Source of the DNA: Bacilli bacterium
GTDB lineage: Bacteria > Bacillota_I > Bacilli_A > RFN20 > CAG-826
Direction: 5' to 3'
Assembly (NCBI GenBank): GCA_045597865.1
Contig: JAZLKX010000025.1
Location: forward strand, 1-64,000
DNA length: 64,000 bases
Positions within the stretch are counted from its first letter, which is position 1; each line of letters starts with the position of its first letter. Of the stretch, positions 48,400-58,625 are shown in pieces. A model generated the notes under the pieces. The model was not told the origin of the DNA and did no database searches. It saw only the letters and a program-made list of their open reading frames with translations. Made by a program: the position numbers and the translations under genes.

Positions 48400-51006
48400 T
48401 TATTTAGCATCGTACCAAGTGCGACCATAACCTCCATCAACTTCGAGTTTAACATCTAATTTCATGGCGTTTTCCATAATATTTTTCACTAAATCATAGA
48501 CTTTTTCTTTTTCATTATTTGGAACCTTGATTAAAAGTTCGTCGTGGATTTGACAAATAATTTTTGATTCAAGATTGTTTTCTTTGAGTGCTTTATTTAC
48601 CTTGATCATAGCAATCTTGATTAAGTCAGCAGCAGTGCCTTGAATTGGAGCATTCATTGCTGCACGTCTAGCGAATTCACGTACTTGATAATTTGTATCG
48701 TGAATTTCACGTAAATATCTTCTTCTACCTAATAAGGTAGAGACATATGTTTTTTCATTAACTTCGTCTGATACTTTTTTAAAGTATTCGCTGATTTCTG
48801 GATAGGCATCATAGAAACTTGAAATGATTTCCTTCGCCTCTTTTCTAGAGCAATCAATTTGCTCTGCTAAACCGAAATCAGAGATTCCATAGATAATTCC
48901 GAAGTTAACAGCTTTTGCTCTTCTTCTTTCAAGTGGAGTTGGGTTTTCAGTTTTGAAAACTCTTCTTGCAGTTGCTGAGTGAATGTCTTCTCCTGATTCG
49001 AAAACATTTTGAAGTGCCTTACATCCAGAAAGTGATGCGAGGATTCTTAATTCGATTTGAGAATAGTCGAGTGAAAGAATTGAGTAATTTTCATCATCGT
49101 AATAGAAAGCTTTTCTAATAAGTTTTCCTTCTTCATCACGAACAGAAATATTTTGTAAATTTGGTTCGCTTGAAGAAAGTCTTCCTGTTTGAGTTAAAGC
49201 CTGGTTAAAGATGGCGTGGAGTTTTCCATCACCATGAATGTGTGCAATCAAACCATCAACATAAGTTGAAAGTAATTTTGCATATTTTCTATATAATAGA
49301 ATTTCGCTTACAATCGGATGTTTATCAAGTAAATTTTTAAGTGCATCAACTGAAGTTGACATCTTCTTATCTTGTGAAGGAAGTTGTAACTTATTGTATA
49401 GAATTTCGCCGACTTGTTTTGGAGAATCAATATTAAATTCTTCTCCAGCCATTTCATAAATTCTTGCAGCAATATTTTTGAGATTAACTTTAAAGTTTTC
49501 TCCCATCTTTTCTAAAACATCAGCGTGGATTGGGAAACCTTCAATTTCCATTTCTGCTAAAACTGATGCAAGAGGAATATCAACTTCTTCATAAAGTTTT
49601 CTACATTGTAATTGTTCAAGTTCAGAGAAAATCTTATTTGCAAATTTCTTTGAATAGAAAGCAAGTTTTGCAGTTCTTTCTGGATTTGAATTATCGAATA
49701 GTGAAAGTGCATCTTCTTTAGTTGAAGAAATGTCTGCACCAAAGTAATGCATGATCGATTCAGCATTATTATTTAAGGTTGAATCGAGCAAGTAACCAGC
49801 AAGAAGAATATCAAAATATAAACCTTCAATTTGGATACCTTCATGAGCTAATGCGGCTTTGATTGCCTTGTAATCATAACAGTATTTTTTGATGTCTGGA
49901 TTTTTTAAAATATCCAGGAATTCAGAGGAATTTTTGAAATTTTCCTCTTTAATGTAAACAATTTTTGATGGAGTAGCGATGGCCATTCCATAGATAACTG
50001 CCTCGTGATAGTTGCCTGGTTCGATGTCTAAAGCGATGGCAATTTCATCACCAACATTGATGTCTTTGAGTGAGTCAACTTCTTCGTATTTGATATCATC
50101 ATCTTCTTCATAACTCATACGTTTTAAGTTTTGAGGAAGTCTATTAAGAAGTTGCTTCATATCAAGGTGTGAACAGAAAGAATTAATCTTTGAGAATTCA
50201 TAACCTTGATAGACTATGTCATCAAGTCCAAATGGAAGCTCAACGTTTGTTTGAATTTGAGCCATTTCATAGCAGTGTCTTCCAAGATCTTGGTTTGCAA
50301 CAATTGATTCACCGACTTTAGATTTCATTGTCTTAGCAGCTTCAACAATTGCTTCAAATGAACCATAATCTTGAATTAACTTAACAGCTGTTTTATCACC
50401 AACTCCTGGTATACCAGGAAGGTTATCAGATGAGTCACCACGAAGACCTTTGTAGTCAATAATTTGAAGCGGTGAGAAACCATATTTTGCAGGCATTGTT
50501 TCGGTATTCATAATATCGATGTTTGACATGCCAGTTTTAATAATGTGAATTGAGACGTGCTCGTCAATTAATTGGAGGAAGTCTCTATCAGAGGTGTAGA
50601 CAATAACTTCTTTGCCAGCAGCACCTGCCATTTTTGCAACAGTACCGCAAATATCATCAGCTTCAAAGCCTTCTTTTTCGAACCAGAAAATGTTTAAACA
50701 TTTTAAGAATTCTCTTGCAAGTGGCATTTGAATCTTAAGTTCTTCTGGACAAGGTTTTCTATTTGCTTTGTAGTTTTCATCTTCTTTGTGTCTAAATGTT
50801 TGATGTCCTGTATCAAAACCAACAAATAAAGAATCGCCTTCTTTCAATCCTTTTAGGATTGTATTAATCATATTGGAAAAAGCAAAAACGCCATTGGTAG
50901 GAGTTCCATCATGAGATCTCATAAGTTCTCCACCAGACATTGCTGCAGTGGCGTAGTAAGCTCTAAAAAGAAGTGAGTTACCATCAACAATATAAACTTT
51001 ATTCAT
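48400..51006 (-). CDS. polA: DNA polymerase I
   Basis: VDGNSLLFRAYYA 5'-3' exonuclease, EADD, TGRLSSSEPNLQNI, DYSQIELR, KAVNFGIIYG, QIHDEL. Confidence 0.98.
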   Translation of the reverse strand: MNKVYIVDGNSLLFRAYYATAAMSGGELMRSHDGTPTNGVFAFSNMINTILKGLKEGDSLFVGFDTGHQTFRHKEDENYKANRKPCPEELKIQMPLAREFLKCLNIFWFEKEGFEADDICGTVAKMAGAAGKEVIVYTSDRDFLQLIDEHVSIHIIKTGMSNIDIMNTETMPAKYGFSPLQIIDYKGLRGDSSDNLPGIPGVGDKTAVKLIQDYGSFEAIVEAAKTMKSKVGESIVANQDLGRHCYEMAQIQTNVELPFGLDDIVYQGYEFSKINSFCSHLDMKQLLNRLPQNLKRMSYEEDDDIKYEEVDSLKDINVGDEIAIALDIEPGNYHEAVIYGMAIATPSKIVYIKEENFKNSSEFLDILKNPDIKKYCYDYKAIKAALAHEGIQIEGLYFDILLAGYLLDSTLNNNAESIMHYFGADISSTKEDALSLFDNSNPERTAKLAFYSKKFANKIFSELEQLQCRKLYEEVDIPLASVLAEMEIEGFPIHADVLEKMGENFKVNLKNIAARIYEMAGEEFNIDSPKQVGEILYNKLQLPSQDKKMSTSVDALKNLLDKHPIVSEILLYRKYAKLLSTYVDGLIAHIHGDGKLHAIFNQALTQTGRLSSSEPNLQNISVRDEEGKLIRKAFYYDDENYSILSLDYSQIELRILASLSGCKALQNVFESGEDIHSATARRVFKTENPTPLERRRAKAVNFGIIYGISDFGLAEQIDCSRKEAKEIISSFYDAYPEISEYFKKVSDEVNEKTYVSTLLGRRRYLREIHDTNYQVREFARRAAMNAPIQGTAADLIKIAMIKVNKALKENNLESKIICQIHDELLIKVPNNEKEKVYDLVKNIMENAMKLDVKLEVDGGYGRTWYDAK

Positions 51007-54000
51007 GTTTATTTGCCTCCAATTTTGTAATTTGTTTTATCGAGAATTCTTGTTTCAAAGAACGGAAGTATCCATCAACAACAACTATGTTGTTTTTCTT
51101 TAATACACTTGAAGATCTTTCAAATGCATCAGCGAAAACAGTAAGTTCTTTTTCACAAGTATCATCATAGATGGTTACGAAAGCCATCTGTTGTTTTTTC
51201 TTGGTTGTAATCTTTTTAACATTCTTAACAATTCCAACAACTTTAATATCGCCAGTAGTGGAATCGATTTGGTCTAATTTAATAGCTTTGAGGTTCTTAA
51301 TTTCTGATGCATAAGCATCAAGTGGTGAACCTGAAACCATAAGTCCTAATGCATTGAATTCACGATTTAAGTTATCCATGAAATCATCATCAGTTTTTGT
51401 TATAACTGGTTTTGGAAGGAAACTTGGATCGATTGCAACTAAACCTTGGTCATCTATTAAAGCACCTGCGTAACTTAATGCATTTGGAACGTTAATTCTA
51501 AGTGAAGCTCTAGAAGGTTCAATTGAGTCGAATGCACCTGCATCAATTAAGTTCATAAGTTGAGCATCGCTAAAGCGATACTTTTGCATTCTGACTACAA
51601 AATCAAATAAATCTTGGAATGGACCAGCTTGTCTTTCTGTAAGAATATTTGTAACTGTAACACCTGAAATTCCTCTAACGGAAGAGAGTGGGAACAAGAT
51701 GTCTTTTCCTTCGAGTTTGAATGTAACACCGGACTTATTAATGTCTGGACATTTCACTTTAATTTTGAGTGCTTTCATCTCTGCAATAGTGTTATTAAAT
51801 TCAGTGGTGGAAGCGTTAGATAAAATAGAAGCATAGAATTCTTCTGGATAATGAGCTTTCAAGTAAGCCATTCTACAAGTAAAGATTGCGTAAACGACGG
51901 AGTGTGATCTGTTAAATCCGTAGTTAGCAAATTTATCAATGAGATTGAAGACATCAGTTGCTTCTTGCTCCTTGTAGCCTTTCTTGATTGCGCCGTTCAC
52001 AAATGATGAACGTAAAGCTTCAAGTTTTTTGCTATCTTTCTTTGAAACTGCACGTCTAAATGAGTCTGCTTCACCTAAAGTGAATCCAGCCATCTTTGAT
52101 GCAATTTGCATAATTTGCTCTTGGTAAACAATAACGCCATAGGTTGGTGCTAAGATTTCTTCTAGAGCAGGCGAAAGATATTTTGGTTTCAACCCAGAAT
52201 TTTTCTTTTTAGCAAAATCCTTAATGGAATCCATTGGACCTGGTCTATATAAAGCAAGAAGTTGGACAACATCTTCGAACGATTTGATTTTCAAAGTTCT
52301 AATAGCATTTCTCATACCAGCAGATTCAAGTTGGAATAAACCCATGGTTTTAGCAGAACCAATCATTTTGATTCCAAGTGGATCATTGTATGGAATTTCA
52401 TCACGTTTTAAATCAATTCCTTTTTCTTTTAGCATAGCTAAACAATCTTCAACAATTGTTAAGTTGCGAAGTGCTAAAATATCCATCTTTAAGAAGCCTT
52501 GTTCTTCGATGTAATCTTTTTCAAATTGTTCAACGTATCCGCCATCAAAGGCTCTTGATAGTGGAATAACGCCTTCAAGTGGTTCAGCATTTAAAACAAC
52601 ACCGACTGCGTGAAGTGATGCTTGTCTTGGAAGTCCTTCAATCTTGCTAGCAAGAGTAACGATTTCCAAATAGTATTTATCATTGTTAACTAAGTCTCTA
52701 AATTGAGCGTTAGTTTTATAAATATCTCTAAGAGAAAGTTTGTCATCTTTTTCATCTTTAATGAGTTTGGTAAAAAGTTCAATGTCGTGTTTTTCATAAT
52801 TGAAAATTCTACCAACATCATTAAGTGCAGCTTTTGCACCAAGTTTTTGAACTGCTATGATTCTTGCAATTCTGTTATTGCCGTATTTTCTACGAATGTA
52901 TTCAACGATTTCTTCACGATGAATATCACTAAAGTCAACGTCAATATCTGGCATTGTTTGTCTAGCAGGATTTAAGAAACGCTCAAAGAGCAAGTTGTAT
53001 TCAAATGGATCTGGAACAGTAATGCCTAAGGCATAAGAAACTAAAGAACCTGATGCAGAGCCACGGCCTGGACCAACAGCAATATCATTTTCTTTTGCAA
53101 AGTTAATGTAGTCTTGAACGATTAAGAAATAATCGCTGTAACCCATCTTTTTGATGGTGTCTAATTCAAAGTTAATTCTGTCTATGTATTGTTGAGAAGT
53201 CTTACCTTTTTCCTCAAGACCTTTGAGAGCATTTCTTCTTAGAACATCATCTGCAAATTCACCGGTTTCCTTAACCCAAGAAATCATTTTTCCACGTTGA
53301 GAAATGAAGGAAAATTTAATTTTTCCAACAAATTCTTCAATATTTTTAATTTCTTCAGGAGTGTAATCTTTTAAGATTTCTTCTTGAGTTTTGAGATATT
53401 CATTACCTTCAAGGCTCTTAATTTCGAGGACTTCTTTTGAGTCAATTGCTTTCATCATTTCAAGGACAATCGCATCTTCTTTTTTGATGTATTTGATTGA
53501 TGGGAAAGCGATGGTTTTATATCCATGTGTAAATGCGAACTCACGCATTGCAGCAAGGTAATCGACTTCAAAAGTGGCTTCAATACCAATATAGAAGTTT
53601 GAAAAACCACGAGTTAGCTTTGCTAATCTTCTCGCAAAGTCATCTGGGTTATTTAATAAAGGTTCTTTGAGCGGTTCGTTATTTGAAGAAAGAACAACTA
53701 CTAGTCCTTCACTAAGTTCTGCGATTGTGTTTGCGTGTGCTTCTCCATTTTCAACTGCTAAAGAAAGTTTTAATAAGTTGTGATAACCTTCTTCATTTAA
53801 AACGTAGAAGCTAAATAATAAGTTATCGATAAAAAGATCTTCTCCAAGTACAACCTTAAGTCCTGCTTTTTCAGCTTCATGGAAAAGTGAAGGAGCACCA
53901 GTTAAGTTTTGGAAATCTGAAATGCCAACAGTAGTGTACCCAAGTTTTTTAGCAGTCTTTAAATAATCCTCAATCTTTAGTCCTGATTTGAGGAAAGAGT

Positions 54001-54034
54001 AACCGCTATAAACATGTAAAGGTATAAAACTCAT
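50999..54034 (-). CDS. dnaE: DNA polymerase III subunit alpha (DnaE)
   Basis: PHP domain, GPGRGSASGS, MPDIDVDF, GFLKMDIL, YGFNRSH, OB fold. Confidence 0.97.
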   Translation of the reverse strand: MSFIPLHVYSGYSFLKSGLKIEDYLKTAKKLGYTTVGISDFQNLTGAPSLFHEAEKAGLKVVLGEDLFIDNLLFSFYVLNEEGYHNLLKLSLAVENGEAHANTIAELSEGLVVVLSSNNEPLKEPLLNNPDDFARRLAKLTRGFSNFYIGIEATFEVDYLAAMREFAFTHGYKTIAFPSIKYIKKEDAIVLEMMKAIDSKEVLEIKSLEGNEYLKTQEEILKDYTPEEIKNIEEFVGKIKFSFISQRGKMISWVKETGEFADDVLRRNALKGLEEKGKTSQQYIDRINFELDTIKKMGYSDYFLIVQDYINFAKENDIAVGPGRGSASGSLVSYALGITVPDPFEYNLLFERFLNPARQTMPDIDVDFSDIHREEIVEYIRRKYGNNRIARIIAVQKLGAKAALNDVGRIFNYEKHDIELFTKLIKDEKDDKLSLRDIYKTNAQFRDLVNNDKYYLEIVTLASKIEGLPRQASLHAVGVVLNAEPLEGVIPLSRAFDGGYVEQFEKDYIEEQGFLKMDILALRNLTIVEDCLAMLKEKGIDLKRDEIPYNDPLGIKMIGSAKTMGLFQLESAGMRNAIRTLKIKSFEDVVQLLALYRPGPMDSIKDFAKKKNSGLKPKYLSPALEEILAPTYGVIVYQEQIMQIASKMAGFTLGEADSFRRAVSKKDSKKLEALRSSFVNGAIKKGYKEQEATDVFNLIDKFANYGFNRSHSVVYAIFTCRMAYLKAHYPEEFYASILSNASTTEFNNTIAEMKALKIKVKCPDINKSGVTFKLEGKDILFPLSSVRGISGVTVTNILTERQAGPFQDLFDFVVRMQKYRFSDAQLMNLIDAGAFDSIEPSRASLRINVPNALSYAGALIDDQGLVAIDPSFLPKPVITKTDDDFMDNLNREFNALGLMVSGSPLDAYASEIKNLKAIKLDQIDSTTGDIKVVGIVKNVKKITTKKKQQMAFVTIYDDTCEKELTVFADAFERSSSVLKKNNIVVVDGYFRSLKQEFSIKQITKLEANKHE

Positions 54035-54070
54035 GCGAATATTGTAGCAATATTTATAAATAAATAAAAT

Positions 54071-54097
54071 AAAAAGGTATCATTTTGACACCTTTTT
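54071..54097 (-). terminator. Terminator after the ackA-nrnA operon
   Basis: rc AAAAAGGTGTCAAAATGATACCTTTTT followed by ATTTT. Confidence 0.7.
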
Positions 54098-54114
54098 AGA
54101 ATTGGTATTGTTTG

Positions 54115-55098
54115 TTATTCAAACATCTTGTCGAGTTCTTTAATGAGCTCAGTTACTTCTCTCCAAGTTTTCAACTTGGTGGCTGAAGCTTGAGTATGTC
54201 CTCCGCCTCCAAATCTTTCTGCAAACTTGTCAATTTCAGTACCTGCACTTCTTATAGAAACTCTCCAGTTTCCTTTCGCTACATCTTCTGTAATAGAAAG
54301 CCATGCATGGATTCCTTTGAAGTGAGCGAAGACATTAACATTGTCTTTTCCTTGAATTGGAAGAAGTCCAAATTTCTTGAGAATTTTATCGGTTAATACA
54401 TAGTATGCGACACCATGTTTTGTAATTTTGTAGTGTTTGAGAACGTATTTTCTAACTTCAAGATCAGTAAGATTTTCATCGTACATTTCATTGTATGCTT
54501 GGACTAAATCAAAACCTGTTTCAAGAAGTCTTTGTGCAATAAAGAAAGTGTGGTTAGTGGTGTGGGAGTATAAGAATCTTCCAGAGTCACCAACAATAGC
54601 TTTGTATAAATTTGCAGCAGCTTCCTTAGAAATCTTGTATTCTGGTTTGCTTAAAAGCATAGATGCAATAAGTTCACCTGCAGCAATCATTGTGTCATCA
54701 ACAATTTGTAAATCTCCATAGGAGTCTACTGCTGGGTGGTGATCAATTTTAACAATGCATTTTGCTTTTTCGTAACGAGTGTCTGCAGCTCTATCAATTG
54801 TTGATAAATCAACAATAATTGCTAAGAATTCTTGATCAAACCATGCATCATCAATTGTTTGCATGACTGGGAAACATTTGTTAGTGAGAGAAACGTGATC
54901 ATCACCAACGTAGATAACGTCCTTATCCGGCCAGTTATCTTTGATAAAGGTTGCAAGACCAAGTTGAGATCCGAATGCATCATAATCTGGATGGTCATGT
55001 CTAAATACAGCAATGTGTTTAAATTCTTTAACAAGTTCAAAGAACTTATCTACATCTTTTGCGTAATTTTTAATTCTATTTTCAATAATCTTTTCCAT
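54115..55098 (-). CDS. nrnA: DHH/DHHA1 phosphoesterase (nanoRNase/PAP phosphatase NrnA)
   Basis: RHDHPDYDAFGS, KIDHH, GDSGRF, SIRS, GGGGH..AS; ATG 55098 just after the ackA stop. Confidence 0.9.
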   Translation of the reverse strand: MEKIIENRIKNYAKDVDKFFELVKEFKHIAVFRHDHPDYDAFGSQLGLATFIKDNWPDKDVIYVGDDHVSLTNKCFPVMQTIDDAWFDQEFLAIIVDLSTIDRAADTRYEKAKCIVKIDHHPAVDSYGDLQIVDDTMIAAGELIASMLLSKPEYKISKEAAANLYKAIVGDSGRFLYSHTTNHTFFIAQRLLETGFDLVQAYNEMYDENLTDLEVRKYVLKHYKITKHGVAYYVLTDKILKKFGLLPIQGKDNVNVFAHFKGIHAWLSITEDVAKGNWRVSIRSAGTEIDKFAERFGGGGHTQASATKLKTWREVTELIKELDKMFE

Positions 55099-55099
55099 T

Positions 55100-56290
55100 T
55101 TATTTTTTATAGAAAGCAAAAGTATCTCTTGCGATCATGACTTCTTCATCTGTTGGGATGACAACAACTTTAATCTTTGAATCTGGCTTAGAAAGTAAAG
55201 TTTCTTTACCTCTAACTTTGTTAGCTTCATAGTCAATTGAAAGACCTAAAGCTGGAGTAATTTCTTTTAAGATATCTTCACGAGATTCAATTGAGTTTTC
55301 ACCAATACCTGCTGAGAAGATGATTAAATCTGCTCCACCTAAACGGACATAATATTGTCCGATAAAGTCTGCAATACGACGTGTGAACAATCTAATTGAA
55401 AGTTGTGCATCTTTGTTTCCGGCTTCTGCAGCTGCAATAACATCACGTGAGTCATTTGAAACTGTTGAGACACCTTGGAAACCTGATTGTTTATTGAAGA
55501 TTTGATACATTTCTTCAACTGATTTACCTGTGCACTTACACAGATAATTCATAACTGATGGATCTAAGTCACCAGTTCTTGTTCCCATCATAATTCCACC
55601 TAAAGGTGTAAGCCCCATAGATGTAGCAACACATTTACCATCTTTGATGGCAGTGATGGAAGCACCAGAACCAATGTGACAAGAAATAATTCTTGGGTGT
55701 TTAACACCTGGCAAATACTTGAGACCCATCTCGCTTAAGTACTTGTGTGAAGTACCGTGTGCGCCATAGCGCCTACAATCATATTTTTCGGTGAATTCTT
55801 TTGGAATTGGGAATGTGTAATCTTCTGGTTCCATTGTTTGATGGAATGCTGTATCAAAAATTGCAACGTTAGTAACATTTGGGAGGATTTTCTTAAATGC
55901 TCTAAAACCAACTAAGTGAGCTTTGTTATGAAGTGGTGCAAGTGGAATTAATGATTCAATCTTTGCTTCAGTATCTTCGTTAAATAATTCTGATTTTGAG
56001 AAGTACTTACCACCTTGAACGATACGGTGACCAACAGCCACAATTTCATTCATGTCTTTAACAATTCCTTTTTCAAGCATAGCTTCGACAACTAATTCGA
56101 CAGCACGAGCATGATCGAGAATTGGTAAAACTTTCTTTTCACTTTCGCCATTCCATTTCATTCCGAAGATGGCGTCTTCGTGTCCGATTCTTTCGGCGTT
56201 TCCGGAACATAAAACTTTTTCTTCAGGCATTTCAAAAAGCTTAAATTTTAAACTTGATGATCCTGCATTAACAGCCATAACTTTTGCCAT
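55100..56290 (-). CDS. ackA: Acetate kinase
   Basis: NAGSSSLK, GHRIVQGG, APLHN, FDTAFH, YGAHGTSH, SMGLTPL, PTDEE. Confidence 0.97.
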   Translation of the reverse strand: MAKVMAVNAGSSSLKFKLFEMPEEKVLCSGNAERIGHEDAIFGMKWNGESEKKVLPILDHARAVELVVEAMLEKGIVKDMNEIVAVGHRIVQGGKYFSKSELFNEDTEAKIESLIPLAPLHNKAHLVGFRAFKKILPNVTNVAIFDTAFHQTMEPEDYTFPIPKEFTEKYDCRRYGAHGTSHKYLSEMGLKYLPGVKHPRIISCHIGSGASITAIKDGKCVATSMGLTPLGGIMMGTRTGDLDPSVMNYLCKCTGKSVEEMYQIFNKQSGFQGVSTVSNDSRDVIAAAEAGNKDAQLSIRLFTRRIADFIGQYYVRLGGADLIIFSAGIGENSIESREDILKEITPALGLSIDYEANKVRGKETLLSKPDSKIKVVVIPTDEEVMIARDTFAFYKK

Positions 56291-56690
56291 ATTTTTTACC
56301 TCGCAACGTGAAATATTATAGTCAAATTAGGTAACAATAGCAATTAAATAAAATTAATTTTATCACTCACTATATTAATGCCTATAATTAACGCATAAAT
56401 AGGAATAAGGAAATTTAGAGAAAAAATACGTCAAATTTAGCACTTTTTTAACAAAAATTTTGTTCTTTCAAATTTGATAAAAAAGTAATCTAAAATTTGA
56501 ATGAATTCTTAATAAAAATTTATATGGGAATAACAAAAATTATGCTGATAATCTAACAAGTTAGTACTTTAATAATTCAAAAGGGAATAGATAATAATTT
56601 TTAATCCTAAAATTTCTATTCTTTTTACAAGAATTTTTATGATTTTGCAAAAAGTCAAAATAAGCGGGAAAATGAGGGGATTTTTAGCAA

Positions 56691-56704
56691 TGAAAACGTT
56701 TTCA
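56691..56704. promoter_or_regulatory. Perfect cre palindrome upstream of the glycogen cluster
   Basis: TGAAAACGTTTTCA, 14/14 to TGWAANCGNTNWCA, about 70 bp upstream of the glgB ATG. Confidence 0.82.
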
Positions 56705-56775
56705 CTATTAAAAGGAAAGTAATTTTATAAAAATTATTACATCTTTATATATTATTATGATAAACTTAAGGCATT

Positions 56776-58611
56776 ATGGCATACGGATTATTATTAGACT
56801 TTCTTTACGGCCAAACAATTGATGCTTATCAATACTTCGGTGCGCACTTTGAAAAAAAGGGCCGTAAGAGTGGTGTAGTTTTTAGACTATACGCTCCTGG
56901 CGCAGATGATGTTTCAGTAATAGGAGAATGGAATGGTTGGGACGTTGGCGCAAACAAAATGGCCAAAGTCGACGAATCTGGAGTATGGGAGGTTTTTGTT
57001 CCAGGCGTTTTAAATTACCAATCCTACAAATATCACTTTAGAAACGCACATGGCAACTATGTTGACAAAGCAGACCCAGTTGCTTTTTATTCAGAATTAA
57101 GACCAAATACCTGTTCAAGAGTTTTTGACTACACAGGTTTTATTTGGCATGACGATGATTGGATGAAATCTCGTACAAGAAACTTTGAAAAACCACTTTC
57201 CATTTATGAAATGCATATTGGAAGCTGGATTGGTCACGGTGAAAACAATCGCTATTTCTCATATGAGGAAATTGCAGATAAATTAGTTGACTATGTCAAA
57301 GATATGGGATTTACCCACGTTGAATTTATGCCAGTTATACAACACCCATTCGATGGTTCTTGGGGCTATCAAGCTACAGGTTTCTACTCTGTAGATTCAA
57401 GATATGGAAACCCACATCAATTCATGTCTTTAGTTGATAGACTTCACCAAGCTGGAATCGGTGTAATTGTTGATTTTGCTCCAGTTCATTTTGCAACAGA
57501 TGCTTGGGCACTTGTTGATTATGATGGCGCAAATTTATTTGAACCATCAGATCCAAATAGACGTTTCAGCCCATGGGGTAGCGCATATTTTGATTTAGGA
57601 AAAGATCCAGTTAGATCATTCTTGATGTCTGCAATGAACTACTTTGTTACTGAATGTCACGTTGATGGTTTAAGAATTGATGCTGTTAGTAATATCCTAT
57701 ATTACGAAGGCAATAAAGCATTAGGAAGAAACGAAGGTTCAATCGAATTCCTCAAACGCCTTAATGCACGTATGCACGATAGACACTGTTCACTTATGAT
57801 GATTGCAGAAGACTCAACTGATTTCCCAGGTGTTACTAAACCAACTGAATGGGATGGAATTGGCTTCGACTATAAGTGGGACTTAGGTTGGATGAATGAT
57901 ACTTTAAAATATTATTCAAAAGACCCAGTCTACAAGAAATACGAACACAATAAGTTAACATTCTCAATGGCTTATTTCTTTAATGAAAACTTCATGTTAC
58001 CTTTCTCACACGACGAAGTCGTCCATGGTAAAGGAACATTAGTTAATAAGCTTTGGGGTGATTATAATCAAAAGTTTATGCAACTTAGAAACTTAATTGC
58101 ATACCAGTACGCACACCCAGGAAAGAAACTCAACTTCATGGGTAACGAGCTTGGTACTTTTGATGAATGGAATGAAATTAAATCCTTAGCATGGAATTTA
58201 AAATCATATCCAATGCACGACTCATTCGGTCGTCTCTTTAGAGACTTGAACCTCATTTACAAAGCAGAACCTGCAATGTACATGAACGAGTATAATCCAA
58301 ACAACTTCAATTGGTTAGAGGTTGATAACTCAGATCAATCAATATTTGCTTTTGAAAGATTTGATGGAGATTCTCGTTTGGTTTTCGTTTTCAACATGAC
58401 TCCAAATTACTACGAGTACATTGAAATTCCAGTAACACAACCTGGTACTTACACTGAGATTTTTAACTCAGAAAAAGACGTTTATTCTGGATGCAACCAA
58501 TATAATGGTGCCCCAATTAAGTCTACTGAGTTTGGGCCTTACGGAAGACCTCACAAAATCACAATTAAGCTTGCCTCCTTTGGAGCATGTATTTTCAAAT
58601 ATAAAAAATAG
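56776..58611 (+). CDS. glgB: 1,4-alpha-glucan branching enzyme (GH13)
   Basis: FGAH, IYEMHIGSW, SWGYQ, DGLRIDAV, AEDST, SHDEVVHGK. Confidence 0.96.
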   Translation: MAYGLLLDFLYGQTIDAYQYFGAHFEKKGRKSGVVFRLYAPGADDVSVIGEWNGWDVGANKMAKVDESGVWEVFVPGVLNYQSYKYHFRNAHGNYVDKADPVAFYSELRPNTCSRVFDYTGFIWHDDDWMKSRTRNFEKPLSIYEMHIGSWIGHGENNRYFSYEEIADKLVDYVKDMGFTHVEFMPVIQHPFDGSWGYQATGFYSVDSRYGNPHQFMSLVDRLHQAGIGVIVDFAPVHFATDAWALVDYDGANLFEPSDPNRRFSPWGSAYFDLGKDPVRSFLMSAMNYFVTECHVDGLRIDAVSNILYYEGNKALGRNEGSIEFLKRLNARMHDRHCSLMMIAEDSTDFPGVTKPTEWDGIGFDYKWDLGWMNDTLKYYSKDPVYKKYEHNKLTFSMAYFFNENFMLPFSHDEVVHGKGTLVNKLWGDYNQKFMQLRNLIAYQYAHPGKKLNFMGNELGTFDEWNEIKSLAWNLKSYPMHDSFGRLFRDLNLIYKAEPAMYMNEYNPNNFNWLEVDNSDQSIFAFERFDGDSRLVFVFNMTPNYYEYIEIPVTQPGTYTEIFNSEKDVYSGCNQYNGAPIKSTEFGPYGRPHKITIKLASFGACIFKYKK

Positions 58612-58625
58612 GAAGGTATTATTTT

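Noticed and set aside
56437-56463. CIRCE-like TTAGCACT
   Set aside because: Only one half-site; no GAGTGCTAA arm 9 nt downstream.
56739-56767. dif-like site (ACATCTTTATATATTATTATGATAAACT)
   Set aside because: Only a partial resemblance to the XerD arm, with an insertion; better explained as the glgB -10 region.
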